Notes: generated from the sequence alone by a model not told the origin. Shown: positions 38,461 through 48,301, counted from the first letter of the stretch. The stretch: 64,000 nt of DNA from an uncultured Candidatus Saccharibacteria bacterium (GCA_964566795.1 CAZMIU010000001.1:333091-397090); one strand, 5' to 3'. Numbers and translations: made by a program.

Positions 38461-39246
38461 TTAATGGGACGTCTTGACAGCATGAGACTCACTGCCATGA
38501 GGCTCTTCAATTGCGATTTTTATAAATGCCAACGTAAGAATGGCGAATACGGCCGCCTGCAAAAGGCCGATAAATGCTTCGAATGCCATAAGTGGCACCG
38601 GCAAGAAATACGGCACGAAGAGCGTGACTATCATCAATAAAATCTCCCCGGCGAATATAGCGCCGAAGAGCCGAAACGAAAATGAAATAAGTCGGGCAAA
38701 GTTACCGATAATTTCCAGCAATCCAACCGCAAAGCCTATAAAGCCGTTCGAGAAATTAATGAATTTTGAACCGTATTTCCAGAGCCCCAGTGTAAGTATG
38801 CCGCTTAGTTCGATTACAAGAAATGAAATCATGGCAAGAGCCAGAGTCGTATTGAGGTCCGCATTTACAGGACGAAATAGCGGTGTGAGCGAGCTTTTAC
38901 CCTCACTCACATGTTCAAGACCTATCGTACCGAAAATGGGCAGGAAATTGAAAGTGTTAGCAATGAATATAAAAATAAATATGGTGACTATAAACGGAAA
39001 ATAGCGCAGAGCCAGCTGTCGACTGCCAAGAGTCTGCTCTATCAATCCAAGTACATACTCAAAAAACATTTCTACGGCGCTTTGGATTCTCCCTGGCACG
39101 ACCGACACTTTGCGGCCAATAATAAAAGCTACCAGTAGTATGCCCGCCATGACAATCCATGTAGTAAGGAGCGAATTGGTAACAGGAAAGCCCCAGATAT
39201 CAAAAATCTTCTCCGAGGCAAGGGCGATATGTAATCCTTCTTCCAT
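38461..39246 (-). CDS. atpB: F0F1 ATP synthase subunit a (orphan)
   Basis: PGRIQ, ADLNTT, SFSFRLFG, LQA.VF..L. Confidence 0.93.
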   Translation of the reverse strand: MEEGLHIALASEKIFDIWGFPVTNSLLTTWIVMAGILLVAFIIGRKVSVVPGRIQSAVEMFFEYVLGLIEQTLGSRQLALRYFPFIVTIFIFIFIANTFNFLPIFGTIGLEHVSEGKSSLTPLFRPVNADLNTTLALAMISFLVIELSGILTLGLWKYGSKFINFSNGFIGFAVGLLEIIGNFARLISFSFRLFGAIFAGEILLMIVTLFVPYFLPVPLMAFEAFIGLLQAAVFAILTLAFIKIAIEEPHGSESHAVKTSH

Positions 39247-39313
39247 TTAGGAGGTTAATTTAACATACTGAAAGGAATACTGAAACTCTAAATGTAGTGC
39301 ATTAAAACCGCAC

Positions 39314-39913
39314 TCATTGGGAATAGACTCCGACAAAAACCGCCGAAACGATAAAACGATCTTCTTTTGCACCTAGCGTGTTGCATGTTACCAGCTTTAG
39401 ATATGTACCATCTTGTGGCATGGAAATTGTATCTACGGTTGCGTTTGCAGTCTCGACCCCGGTCACGCGATAGCGATACTCACGAGTATCTGAGTAGACG
39501 TTGATAGTGTCGCCCTCTTCTAGCTCTTGGATATCATTAAACGCCTTGTAGGCTTGATTGCGTACGATTGGCAAAGAAGTCGAGTGCCCGAGTAAAACTA
39601 CGGTACCCTTAGTGCCTAACTGTGCAGACGTGGGATACCGTATTGCGCCTTTTAGCAGTGCCGCATTTAGCACATCGAGATCAGTGCTTGTGCGGTTTTC
39701 TACTGTCACATCAAGTTTTATCTTTGATGCAGTAACCCGTATTGGATCCTCAGGAATTACAGACGGGCCAGTTTCTTTAACAGACGGACTTTCTGGAATC
39801 GGAGTAACGAGAGTGGGTTCCGGTAAGGCGTCAACCGCACTGAGAAATATAAAAGTAAGCCCAAAGAGCGCCGTGAATGTAAATACGAAGGCAAAAAAAC
39901 GCTTTCCCATCAT
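39314..39913 (-). CDS. sortase
   Basis: LGHS, F..I.EL..GD, LVTC, R. Confidence 0.88.
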   Translation of the reverse strand: MMGKRFFAFVFTFTALFGLTFIFLSAVDALPEPTLVTPIPESPSVKETGPSVIPEDPIRVTASKIKLDVTVENRTSTDLDVLNAALLKGAIRYPTSAQLGTKGTVVLLGHSTSLPIVRNQAYKAFNDIQELEEGDTINVYSDTREYRYRVTGVETANATVDTISMPQDGTYLKLVTCNTLGAKEDRFIVSAVFVGVYSQ

Positions 39914-40005
39914 AAGAGTATATTACACACCACTTGCAGGGTCTTGATAGCTCCCCTACTAACTCGTATTTGCTACTGCATGCTTTTTGTCAGAAACAGG
40001 TTCGT

Positions 40006-40140
40006 CTACCCAAGAGCCGTCAAGGATGTCCCATTGTGTACGAAAATGTCACCCGGCTTATGGGTCACTTTCTTGTATACCAGAAAACTGACGAGCAGTC
40101 CGACCAAAATCAAGCTGAGGATGATGTATTTGTAAGGCAT
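40006..40140 (-). CDS. small membrane peptide or gene fragment (44 aa)
   Basis: MPYKYIILSLILVGLLVSFLVYKK read by eye. Confidence 0.35.
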   Translation of the reverse strand: MPYKYIILSLILVGLLVSFLVYKKVTHKPGDIFVHNGTSLTALG

Positions 40141-40248
40141 GGTAATTTGTTAGCGGTATTTACCATATCGCGTTATGCCTCTTCCTTCGCGATCAGGATG
40201 CGTTCTTTCAGAGATAGTTAATTCCCCAACCAAACATAAGGTGACATC

Positions 40249-40452
40249 TTAACCGCGCTTGCTTGTCCACGCACGTACATGGGCAACGAGACCGAATATA
40301 ACCAATATCCACGCTATGACGACAGGGAAAAACGCATTACCGGCAAGATAGTCCTGCAGCAAGACGGCTATACCAAAGCCGAGCGCCGTATGGCTGGCAT
40401 TAGACAGGAGTATATGACGGCGGTCAAACTTCATCGCTTCTTTTATAGACAT
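40249..40452 (-). CDS. small two-TM protein
   Basis: two hydrophobic helices each with a His. Confidence 0.6.
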   Translation of the reverse strand: MSIKEAMKFDRRHILLSNASHTALGFGIAVLLQDYLAGNAFFPVVIAWILVIFGLVAHVRAWTSKRG

Positions 40453-40606
40453 ATAGTTTTATTCATTAATGGTTTGATAATACATCACTAAAATTGTAAC
40501 ATCCTCATTAACAGGGAGGCCTCGCCCCCTGTTCCGAAACTCGTGAATAAAGGCGGAAACCGGAGCGGGAAGGACGATTTCAAGTTTTCTTTGACGGCCA
40601 CTAACC

Positions 40607-41827
40607 TCAGTGCCCGCCTCCACTTTCTATTTTTCCGTCAAAAATCGTGGGGTCTGCCTCTCCCTCTACGCGCAAAAGTCCCCACGCGCCGCGGTCGAGT
40701 CGGGCAAGCGCATGGTCGACAAGCATATAATTTCCGGGGTAGTCGGCTTTGAACTCAACCACCGCGGCACCGCCGGCGGGAATGAGGGTCGTCTGTATGC
40801 TTCGCGCAGGAGGACTCACAATATCTCCCTCGCGATATACGCGGTCAAATATCTCCCCGATTACATGAAAGCTTGAAATGAGATTGACGCCGCCGTTTCC
40901 TACGTAGAGGCGGACGGTCTCCCCGACTTTGACATTCATGTTGTTCTGCAATGCTCCTGTTTTTCCGTTAAAGACTATGTATTGCGGCTTCCCGTCGAGC
41001 ATCGCTTGTGCGTCAAACAACTGCAGTCCCTTTCGACCCAATTCCCCGGATGTATAAAACTCTCCCTGCATCACGTAAAACTCTTTATCGACCGGAGGCA
41101 ACCCTTCTTTTGGCTCGATGAGAATGAGCCCATAGAGTCCGTGCGCCATATGACTCGGCACATTAGGATGAGCACAATGGTATACGTACAAGCCGGGATT
41201 AAGCGCTTTGAAACGGAATGTTTTTGATTCTCCTGGGGCGACGTTCGTCGCAGGTGCTCCGCCGCCTGGCCCATTAACCGCATGTAAATCAATGTTATGC
41301 ATATGGAGGCTCGTCTTGTCGTTATGAAGCGTCAATTCGACCGTGTCGCCCTCGCGAGCTCTCAAAAACGGCCCCGGCACGGTGCCGTTGAACGTCCAGT
41401 AGTTGAGAGTGACCCCGGGAGCAATTTCAGAGATGACTTCTTTTGTGGTAAGTTCCATTTTGACCGTCTGCGGTTCCGAGCGATTAATTGGCGGTGGAAT
41501 GTCCGCGGGATTTTTTGCTATGTCGGGAACTCGCTCGAAGGAACCGAAATTCCTGAAGAACTGAAGTACATTTTTGAAAGGAAGAACGGGGCCTTCGCTC
41601 GGGCCGAACGTTTTAAGAGAAAAAGGATACTGAAAAGCGTTTGGTATTCCGTTTGGAACGTAAAATGCAAGAGAAACCCCGACAAATATTGCCACAAGCG
41701 CCGCGGTAAGCTTCCACGAATGGAACTGACGGAGCACGAGAAAAATGAAAAGAGCCGCAAAAAAATACGCAATAGCAAGACCGAATGCCTGCACGATGTA
41801 TTGCCAAAGGTAAGAAAGTAGTTCCAT
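40607..41827 (-). CDS. nirK: copper-containing nitrite reductase with N-terminal TM anchor
   Basis: HNIDLH, YHC..H, SSFHVIG, LVDH. Confidence 0.92.
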   Translation of the reverse strand: MELLSYLWQYIVQAFGLAIAYFFAALFIFLVLRQFHSWKLTAALVAIFVGVSLAFYVPNGIPNAFQYPFSLKTFGPSEGPVLPFKNVLQFFRNFGSFERVPDIAKNPADIPPPINRSEPQTVKMELTTKEVISEIAPGVTLNYWTFNGTVPGPFLRAREGDTVELTLHNDKTSLHMHNIDLHAVNGPGGGAPATNVAPGESKTFRFKALNPGLYVYHCAHPNVPSHMAHGLYGLILIEPKEGLPPVDKEFYVMQGEFYTSGELGRKGLQLFDAQAMLDGKPQYIVFNGKTGALQNNMNVKVGETVRLYVGNGGVNLISSFHVIGEIFDRVYREGDIVSPPARSIQTTLIPAGGAAVVEFKADYPGNYMLVDHALARLDRGAWGLLRVEGEADPTIFDGKIESGGGH

Positions 41828-41842
41828 AGACTGATTAGATTA

Positions 41843-42420
41843 TCATAACAAATCTCCATTGGGACACCTAATCCTTTGGCAATCTTGGCGACCGTTTGCC
41901 ATGGCGCGCAGTGACGTTTCAAGAATTTCCTTTCCATGATTAACGATTATTGAGATATGTCCTTCGTTGGGATAGAACGTTACTTTTGCGCCGGTGAATT
42001 GTTTTATCAATTCTCGCATCTCCGCCTCTTTAACTTGATTATCAAGTGCGCCATGCCACACTTGTATTTTTGACGCATCGATATTCGAAATGTAAATCCC
42101 CAGGTACGTTGTCCTATGAGCATACCGTCATAGGCCGCACCTTTTGCGCCTTGGCGCACGCTTTCAGCGAGCGAAGCTACCATGATTTGGAGCGTATCGG
42201 AACCTTCCAATGCTTTTCTGTCCGGTTCTACCCAGCGGCTTGAGGCGCGTTCCAATAATCGCTTTGCTTTCTCCTCGGTGTTAAACGTATTTTTTGTCAT
42301 CGGAAGCATAATCCACGGCACCCATCGCGCGAGAAAAGAAACAAGTCGGGTTGTCCGCCCAACACCCGATACGACACCGCACCGCGTTATCGGGTGCGGG
42401 ATTTGATACATGCAAGCCAA
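41843..42420 (-). pseudogene. fragmented alpha/beta hydrolase (C-terminal half, frameshifted) followed by an XRE-HTH C-terminal remnant
   Basis: WGF then WHGALD..YPNEGHISI in a different frame; QTVAKIAKGLGVPME at ~41855-41900. Confidence 0.6.
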
Positions 42421-42429
42421 CGAGCCATA

Positions 42430-42972
42430 TTACACAGCTCCCCGTCTCAGCCTCCACATTCCCCACCACGCTGCTGGTGCAAGTACTATCACACTCGCCA
42501 TACCTGGGAAGTAGCCATACGGTTCTGGAGTTAGGAGCGGAAGGAAAAAGTGTGCGAGTTCGGTAACGCCCATTGCTGTAAAGAAAGTCCAAGCCAAATA
42601 GTATCCAAAGGAATATTCGCGACTGACGAAATACGGGATCAGGAGCCATGCGGCAGCAAGCGTGTACAGCAGGATTATGAGAAAGCTCGCTTCCGGCACA
42701 GGAACTCCGGTTATCTCCGAAAGTCGCGGAAAGAAATCCATCTCCCGTTCCTCTATCTTGTGGAGTACAAAGAAAGAGAGTGTGAGGAAGTACGGAATCT
42801 TTATGGAAGCAAAAGAAGCCTTGGTTGGGATAAGGAGCCAAAGAATGAGTCCACCGAGAAATCCGAATACGAAGAGGAATGCGGGCAGTAGACCCAGCAT
42901 GACGTAGCCGAGCGCTACTACGGCAATAGTGAACATGACCGCAAAAGCCATTGTAGAAACACTTCTTTTCAT
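42430..42972 (-). CDS. HXXEE domain membrane protein
   Basis: LHKIEE, AH, YFPG. Confidence 0.85.
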   Translation of the reverse strand: MKRSVSTMAFAVMFTIAVVALGYVMLGLLPAFLFVFGFLGGLILWLLIPTKASFASIKIPYFLTLSFFVLHKIEEREMDFFPRLSEITGVPVPEASFLIILLYTLAAAWLLIPYFVSREYSFGYYLAWTFFTAMGVTELAHFFLPLLTPEPYGYFPGMASVIVLAPAAWWGMWRLRRGAV

Positions 42973-43008
42973 GGGTATATCTTACACCTTGTCATAGGCA
43001 TTACCGAC

Positions 43009-43046
43009 GCGTCTCGGGCGCGATAACCTAGCACGAGTTGGTTGCG
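43009..43046. repeat. direct repeat copy 1 (36/38 identical to 48197-48234)
   Basis: GCGTCTCGGGCGCGATAACCTAGCACGA(G/C)TTGG(T/C)TGCG. Confidence 0.92.
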
Positions 43047-43119
43047 ACTCCTGAACGAAGTTCGAACTATTGCAATGTCCGGAAACACCGTATTTAGCCG
43101 CGTAACGGTTACAGATTAA

Positions 43120-43518
43120 TTAACTGACCTTGATCTGAAAATTATACATCCCCATACCACATACTCCCTGCACCTTATCTCCCGATTTTGGAGTACCTAA
43201 ATCTATTTCCTCCTCACCGGTTGGTTGCAATATCTTCTGAAAACCAACAGAACGGACCACGAGCGACGCTGAGCAATCATATGTACCATCTGTCTTCACA
43301 ATCAATTTGGTAGGTACTCCGCCTTTAATTTCCGTGATGCGCGGAGAATAACCGCCCTTTGCAGTCACAGTCACATACTGCACACCGTCTCTAACCTCGA
43401 CATTCTGTGATTGCGCGACTTCGTCGCCTGAAGACGCCGATCTATCAGAAACAAAGTAGAGAGTACCTCCAATGAGGGCAATACTGAGGATAATGGATAT
43501 GACTGTGTTTTTTTGCAT
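43120..43518 (-). CDS. cupredoxin domain protein
   Basis: GGYSP, C, CGMGM. Confidence 0.85.
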   Translation of the reverse strand: MQKNTVISIILSIALIGGTLYFVSDRSASSGDEVAQSQNVEVRDGVQYVTVTAKGGYSPRITEIKGGVPTKLIVKTDGTYDCSASLVVRSVGFQKILQPTGEEEIDLGTPKSGDKVQGVCGMGMYNFQIKVS

Positions 43519-43534
43519 AGATTAACTAATAAGA

Positions 43535-44542
43535 TTATATGTTAAATAAAGGATCAATAATACCGAGCCCTGCAAGTCCTGCGAGGAGCGCGAAAGCTCC
43601 GAGGCCAATTACCAAAACACCTGCCGATTTGAAGAAAAGTGGCGCGTGTCTTGATTGTGCGAATGAGGCAGAGCCGAACGACAGAAGCGCGAGCATTGGT
43701 AGCGTGCCTAGGGCAAACGCTGTCATGATCAAGAACCCCGAGAGAAAGGAACCACTTGAAAGTGCCGCAACTTGCATCGCTTGAGTAAATCCGCACGGCA
43801 AGAAGAAAGTCCCAACACCGACCAAAAACGGCGCTATGGTCTTATGCTCCATCTTACGGAAGAAGCTAAAGACTCCAGAAGGTAGCGCAATCATATTTTT
43901 CTCAAAAATTCCTACCAGATTAAGCCCGAGTACAATCATCACCACCGATGCGATGATCCCGAGGATTGCGGTAGCGGTAAAACTGATACCAACTGCACTT
44001 CCGATGGCACCAAGCACACCGCCAAGCACAGCAAAACTGATTAGTCGGCCTCCGTGAAAGAGCATCATCGGCTTTACATCGCTTATCTTGTCCTGGGACA
44101 CCGTTGCAGAAAGCGAGAGGACAAGCCCTCCAACGACCGCAAGACAGCTCGAGACGGAAGCAATGAGACCGATGATAAAACTCGTAACTGGGGTTACTGT
44201 TCCTCCCAGGCCGAAATTCAGAATCCCTGACTTTTGGACAATGAAAAAGAGAGCCAGAAGTGCTAAGCCAATAGGCAAGGCTTGCCAAATGACGCCAGTA
44301 TCCTTTTTCTCCCTAGTTTTCTTCTCAACCGAAAGTGAATAGCCGTTGTGTTTTATCTTTTCGGTCAAAACCTCCGCGAGTTTTTGCTGACTGTCATCAA
44401 GACTTGTGTCAAAAGAAACTGTCTCTTGTTTTAGGTTGACGTACGCATTCTCAATACCCATATGTTCATTGAGAACGTCCTCAATGAGGATTTTACATGA
44501 AGCGCAGTGGATGCCAGAAACGTGAAATGTAAGTGTTTTCAT
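43535..44542 (-). CDS. HMA domain plus TauE/DsbD_2-like membrane protein
   Basis: HCASC, SSC..VGG, LPCG, FALGTLP. Confidence 0.88.
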   Translation of the reverse strand: MKTLTFHVSGIHCASCKILIEDVLNEHMGIENAYVNLKQETVSFDTSLDDSQQKLAEVLTEKIKHNGYSLSVEKKTREKKDTGVIWQALPIGLALLALFFIVQKSGILNFGLGGTVTPVTSFIIGLIASVSSCLAVVGGLVLSLSATVSQDKISDVKPMMLFHGGRLISFAVLGGVLGAIGSAVGISFTATAILGIIASVVMIVLGLNLVGIFEKNMIALPSGVFSFFRKMEHKTIAPFLVGVGTFFLPCGFTQAMQVAALSSGSFLSGFLIMTAFALGTLPMLALLSFGSASFAQSRHAPLFFKSAGVLVIGLGAFALLAGLAGLGIIDPLFNI

Positions 44543-44558
44543 AAACCGCTTTGCTGAG

Positions 44559-44780
44559 TTAGAGTGTCTCGCCGCGCTTTTCCAGCATCATGTGATGAAT
44601 TGTTGCGATTTGAAGCCAGGTTGCAATAAGGATAAGTATGCCGGCACAGAGTAGAGCGTCGATTTTAGTAACACCCAATACGGAATTGTCAGCTCCTCCG
44701 AAGACTGCGGCTAAAAATGAAATCACTCCAATCAAACCGACCGCAACACTGGCGACATGCATTACTTTTGATAGTTTCAT
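44559..44780 (-). CDS. small two-TM protein
   Basis: in copper operon, IHHMM tail. Confidence 0.75.
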   Translation of the reverse strand: MKLSKVMHVASVAVGLIGVISFLAAVFGGADNSVLGVTKIDALLCAGILILIATWLQIATIHHMMLEKRGETL

Positions 44781-44810
44781 ATATTTTAGGTTTAATTATT
44801 TTTAATAAGT

Positions 44811-45425
44811 TTATTTGTACCACTGCACATACCACGACTGCATCTGCTGTATCTCCTCTGACTGTGAGGAAATGATATTTTTTGCAAGCTGTTGCATTTC
44901 AGGTCGATTGGTCCCTGATTGGAGCATATTCGCCATCATAATCGCCAGCTGATGATGAGGGATCATTTGTTCAATAAAAGCCTTATCGAAATCAGATGCG
45001 TTTTCCAGTGCAGTCATGTCTTCCTGTCCACCCATATGCATTCCGCCTTGCGACATCATGCCGCCACTCATCATGCCCGTGCTTACCTTTGGCACAGTGC
45101 TTCCGAACCAATCCTTATACCAGCCGTTCATATCTTGAATCTCTGCTGTCTGGGCTGCAATGATAGCTGTTGCTAAGGTTTTAATCTCTGGACGCTTTGC
45201 CTTTTGGAGCGCGAGGTTTGCCATAGCGATTGCACCGTCATGATGAGGAATCATTTGCTCGATGAAATGTTTGTCGATTGTGTTGGCAACTTGAGTGTTT
45301 CCATTTTCCCAATTCATCATTCCAGATCCTCCATATCGCATCATCGGAGTGAAGACTGAGACCAAGAGAATTCCAAGGACTATTCCTCCGATACCGTATA
45401 CTATTTTGTTGTTTTGATTGTTCAT
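44811..45425 (-). CDS. DUF305 (CopM-like) protein
   Basis: two FIEQMIPHH repeats, Met-rich linker. Confidence 0.92.
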   Translation of the reverse strand: MNNQNNKIVYGIGGIVLGILLVSVFTPMMRYGGSGMMNWENGNTQVANTIDKHFIEQMIPHHDGAIAMANLALQKAKRPEIKTLATAIIAAQTAEIQDMNGWYKDWFGSTVPKVSTGMMSGGMMSQGGMHMGGQEDMTALENASDFDKAFIEQMIPHHQLAIMMANMLQSGTNRPEMQQLAKNIISSQSEEIQQMQSWYVQWYK

Positions 45426-45458
45426 ATATTTTTATTAAAATTAATTTGATAATTTTGC

Positions 45459-47753
45459 TTACAATCGTTTGGCTTTGATTCTAAGCGAATTCGACACTAC
45501 GGATACTGACGACATTGCCATAGCAAAACCTGCAAAGACAGGGTTCAAGAGCCACCCAAATACCGGATATAAAGCCCCAGCCGCAAGAGGAATGCCTACA
45601 ATATTGTAGATGAATGCCCAGAAGAGATTCTGCTTGATGCCGCGCATAGTGATCTTTGAAAGTTTGATCGCCTTTACAAGCTTCGAAATATCGCCACCAA
45701 GAAGGGTGATACCCGCCGATTCGATGGCAACATCGGTCCCGGTCCCCATGGCAATTCCCACATCTGCCTGTGCAAGTGCTGGTGCATCGTTTACGCCGTC
45801 ACCCGCCATGGCGACTATCTTGCCTTGCGACTGGAGTTCCTTAATTTTATTGAGCTTATCCTCTGGGAGTACGTGAGCCATCACCTCATCAATCCCCACG
45901 AGTGATGCGATGTACTTTGCCGCTCTTTCGTCATCTCCCGTGAGCATAACCACCTGTATGCCGAGCTTGTGAAGATTCTTTACGGCCTCGACTGACTCCG
46001 CTTTTATCTCATCAGCAACCATAACGAACCCGAGTACTTTTTCTCTAGTAGCGAGAATGACTGGGGTCTTTCCTTGCAAGGTAAATTCATTAAGTCTAGC
46101 GACATCAAATGGAAGTTTGAGATCGCTTACGAGCTTTACATTACCAACAAAATACTCATCGGTATCAATAACCCCGCGCAAACCCTTGCCTTGTATCCCC
46201 TCAAAATCGGAAACGCTCGACAATGGGATATTTTTCTCTTGTGCGTACTGTACAATCGCGTGCGCAATCGGATGCTCTGACTTCTTCTCAAGCGATGCGA
46301 GAATTGATACAAGGGCATCATCTTTTAAATCTGAGAGATTCTGTATATCGACTAGGGTGGGTTTGCCTTTAGTGATCGTTCCTGTTTTATCAACCACAAC
46401 CGTATTCACCTTGTGGAGTTTCTCAAGCGTAGCGGCATCTTTAATGAGAATACCTTCTTTGGCCCCCTTACCGACTCCTACGATAATTGCCGTCGGTGTT
46501 GCGAGTCCGAGCGCGCACGGGCACGCAATTACGAGAATTCCCACAAAGGATACAAGGCCGAATGACAAGGCCTGAGAGAACCCAAGATACTGCGACCCAA
46601 CGATAAGCCATGCTCCGAGAGTAAGAAAAGCGATTACGAGAACGATGGGCACAAATACCGCCGATATTTTATCCGCAAGTGCTTGTATGGGGGCACGACT
46701 TCCTTGAGCATCTTCAACCATCTTGATAATCTGGGCGAGGAGTGTTTCTGATCCAACTTTGGTGGCCTTGAATGTGAAGGAACCACTGGTATTGATTGTC
46801 CCGGACACGACATTGTCACCAAGCTTTTTCTGGGCTGGCATCGGCTCACCGGTAACCATAGATTCGTCGACGAAGGAACTTCCCTCGGTAATAACGCCAT
46901 CGACAGGGATCTTTGCTCCGGGCTTAACGATAATAAGATCGCCATGTTTAACATCGTTTACTGAAATTTCCAATTCTCTTCCTTCACGGATAACTAACGC
47001 CGTTTTGGCCTGAAGATTAAGAAGTTTCTCAATGGCATCACCTGTCTTTATCTTTGATCGCGCCTCGAGATATTTTCCAAGCGTAATAAATGTAATGACT
47101 ACGATTGTCACGTCGTAGTACTGGTAGTCAACGTTTATAAATGGACGAAGAACATCCTCAAAAGCACTGACTGCAAAACTGTATAAAAAGGCTGCAACCG
47201 TGCCGATGCCGATAAGCGTATCCATGTTCGCCTTGCCATAGCGGAGGAATCTATAAAAACCGAGAAGATAGGGTTTGCCAACGACAAACAAAATGTATGT
47301 GGCAAGTATTGGAAGCAGGTGATGAAAAAATTCTTTGAGCGTATAGCTCATTGCGGGAGCGATACTGTATTCAGCGAGTATGTCCCAGCCCATGACAAAG
47401 GCGGCGAAAACGGCGATGGGAATAGCTGATAGCACTTTTATTCGCATATCCGCTACTTCCGCTAGCTTTTCTTTCTTGGACTGGTTGAGACCCAGGTGTG
47501 ACGCGTGTTCACTTGGAGACATCCCCATTTCTTCGGCACTAGTCGGAACTTCTAGGGAATATCCGAGTGGTTCAATATGCTTGGAAAGGTCATGAGGATT
47601 TGTTTTTGATGGATCAAAAGAAACCTTTGCTTTTTCTGTACCATAATTAACTTCCGCGGAATGTACGCCCTCCACCTTCTTAAAAGTCTTCTCGATTACC
47701 GAGGAGCACGAGGCACAATGCATTCCTTTGACTCTGTATGTTTGTGTATGCAT
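45459..47753 (-). CDS. copA: Cu(I)-translocating P1B-1 ATPase
   Basis: GMHCASC, CPC, DKTGT, SEHP, YN, MAMSS. Confidence 0.95.
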   Translation of the reverse strand: MHTQTYRVKGMHCASCSSVIEKTFKKVEGVHSAEVNYGTEKAKVSFDPSKTNPHDLSKHIEPLGYSLEVPTSAEEMGMSPSEHASHLGLNQSKKEKLAEVADMRIKVLSAIPIAVFAAFVMGWDILAEYSIAPAMSYTLKEFFHHLLPILATYILFVVGKPYLLGFYRFLRYGKANMDTLIGIGTVAAFLYSFAVSAFEDVLRPFINVDYQYYDVTIVVITFITLGKYLEARSKIKTGDAIEKLLNLQAKTALVIREGRELEISVNDVKHGDLIIVKPGAKIPVDGVITEGSSFVDESMVTGEPMPAQKKLGDNVVSGTINTSGSFTFKATKVGSETLLAQIIKMVEDAQGSRAPIQALADKISAVFVPIVLVIAFLTLGAWLIVGSQYLGFSQALSFGLVSFVGILVIACPCALGLATPTAIIVGVGKGAKEGILIKDAATLEKLHKVNTVVVDKTGTITKGKPTLVDIQNLSDLKDDALVSILASLEKKSEHPIAHAIVQYAQEKNIPLSSVSDFEGIQGKGLRGVIDTDEYFVGNVKLVSDLKLPFDVARLNEFTLQGKTPVILATREKVLGFVMVADEIKAESVEAVKNLHKLGIQVVMLTGDDERAAKYIASLVGIDEVMAHVLPEDKLNKIKELQSQGKIVAMAGDGVNDAPALAQADVGIAMGTGTDVAIESAGITLLGGDISKLVKAIKLSKITMRGIKQNLFWAFIYNIVGIPLAAGALYPVFGWLLNPVFAGFAMAMSSVSVVSNSLRIKAKRL

Positions 47754-47754
47754 A

Positions 47755-48030
47755 TTATTTCCTCTTAAGCTTATACACCTTAATGATCTCCGCCTTTGCT
47801 TTAGCGGTCTGTCCAGTTTTCATCTGATGGTGGACGCAGTGATCAAGATGGTTTTCAAGAAGCAAATCCTCGACGTTAGATAGCCCTTGCTTCACGGCGG
47901 ATGTCTGAGTAATCACATCTATGCAATAGGTATCATTTTCAACCATCTTTTGAAGACCTCGAACTTGTCCCTCAAGCAATTTGAGGCGACGAACAACCTT
48001 TGCCTTATTTTTATCGTCCATGTACTCCAT
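47755..48030 (-). CDS. csoR: CsoR copper-sensing repressor
   Basis: RLK..EGQVRGL, YCIDV, HLDHC (C-H-C ligands). Confidence 0.9.
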   Translation of the reverse strand: MEYMDDKNKAKVVRRLKLLEGQVRGLQKMVENDTYCIDVITQTSAVKQGLSNVEDLLLENHLDHCVHHQMKTGQTAKAKAEIIKVYKLKRK

Positions 48031-48034
48031 ATGA

Positions 48035-48064
48035 ACCACTATACCCCCTAGGGGGTATAGTGGT
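48035..48064. promoter_or_regulatory. CsoR operator overlapping the promoter
   Basis: perfect 30-bp palindrome ACCACTATACCCCCTAGGGGGTATAGTGGT with C/G tracts typical of CsoR sites. Confidence 0.88.
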
Positions 48065-48103
48065 CAAGTATATATCTGAGTGAAATAATAAACGTCAAGC
48101 TTA

Positions 48104-48138
48104 AACAGAAAGACCGCCCTTTCGAGCGGTCTTTCTGT
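48104..48138. terminator. intrinsic terminator downstream of tRNA-Gln
   Basis: ACAGAAAGACCGC...GCGGTCTTTCTGT. Confidence 0.75.
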
Positions 48139-48196
48139 CTGAATACTGCTCTCAGCAGGTATGCCTTTTCTGAATAGTGACTCGGAGATTATCTAT

Positions 48197-48234
48197 GCGT
48201 CTCGGGCGCGATAACCTAGCACGACTTGGCTGCG
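48197..48234. repeat. direct repeat copy 2, overlapping the tRNA-Gln 3' end
   Basis: matches 43009-43046. Confidence 0.92.
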
Positions 48235-48300
48235 GGACTAGGACTCGAACCTAGATAACAACATTCAGAGTGTTGCGTCCTACCATTAGACGATCCCGCA
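48227..48300 (-). tRNA. tRNA-Gln(CTG)
   Basis: TGCGGGA/TCCCGCA acceptor, CTCTGAA loop, GTTCGAGTC, encoded CCA. Confidence 0.95.
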
Positions 48301-48301
48301 A

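Larger units (their letters stand above)
19185..43013. mobile_element. putative serine-recombinase genomic island (~23.8 kb)
   Basis: ends share CGACGCGTC (14/17 over 17 nt); recombinase inside; compositional shift; defence and redox cargo. Confidence 0.55.
43009..48234. mobile_element. copper-resistance module bounded by direct repeats at the tRNA-Gln 3' end
   Basis: 38-bp direct repeats; csoR-copA operon inside; no integrase. Confidence 0.7.
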
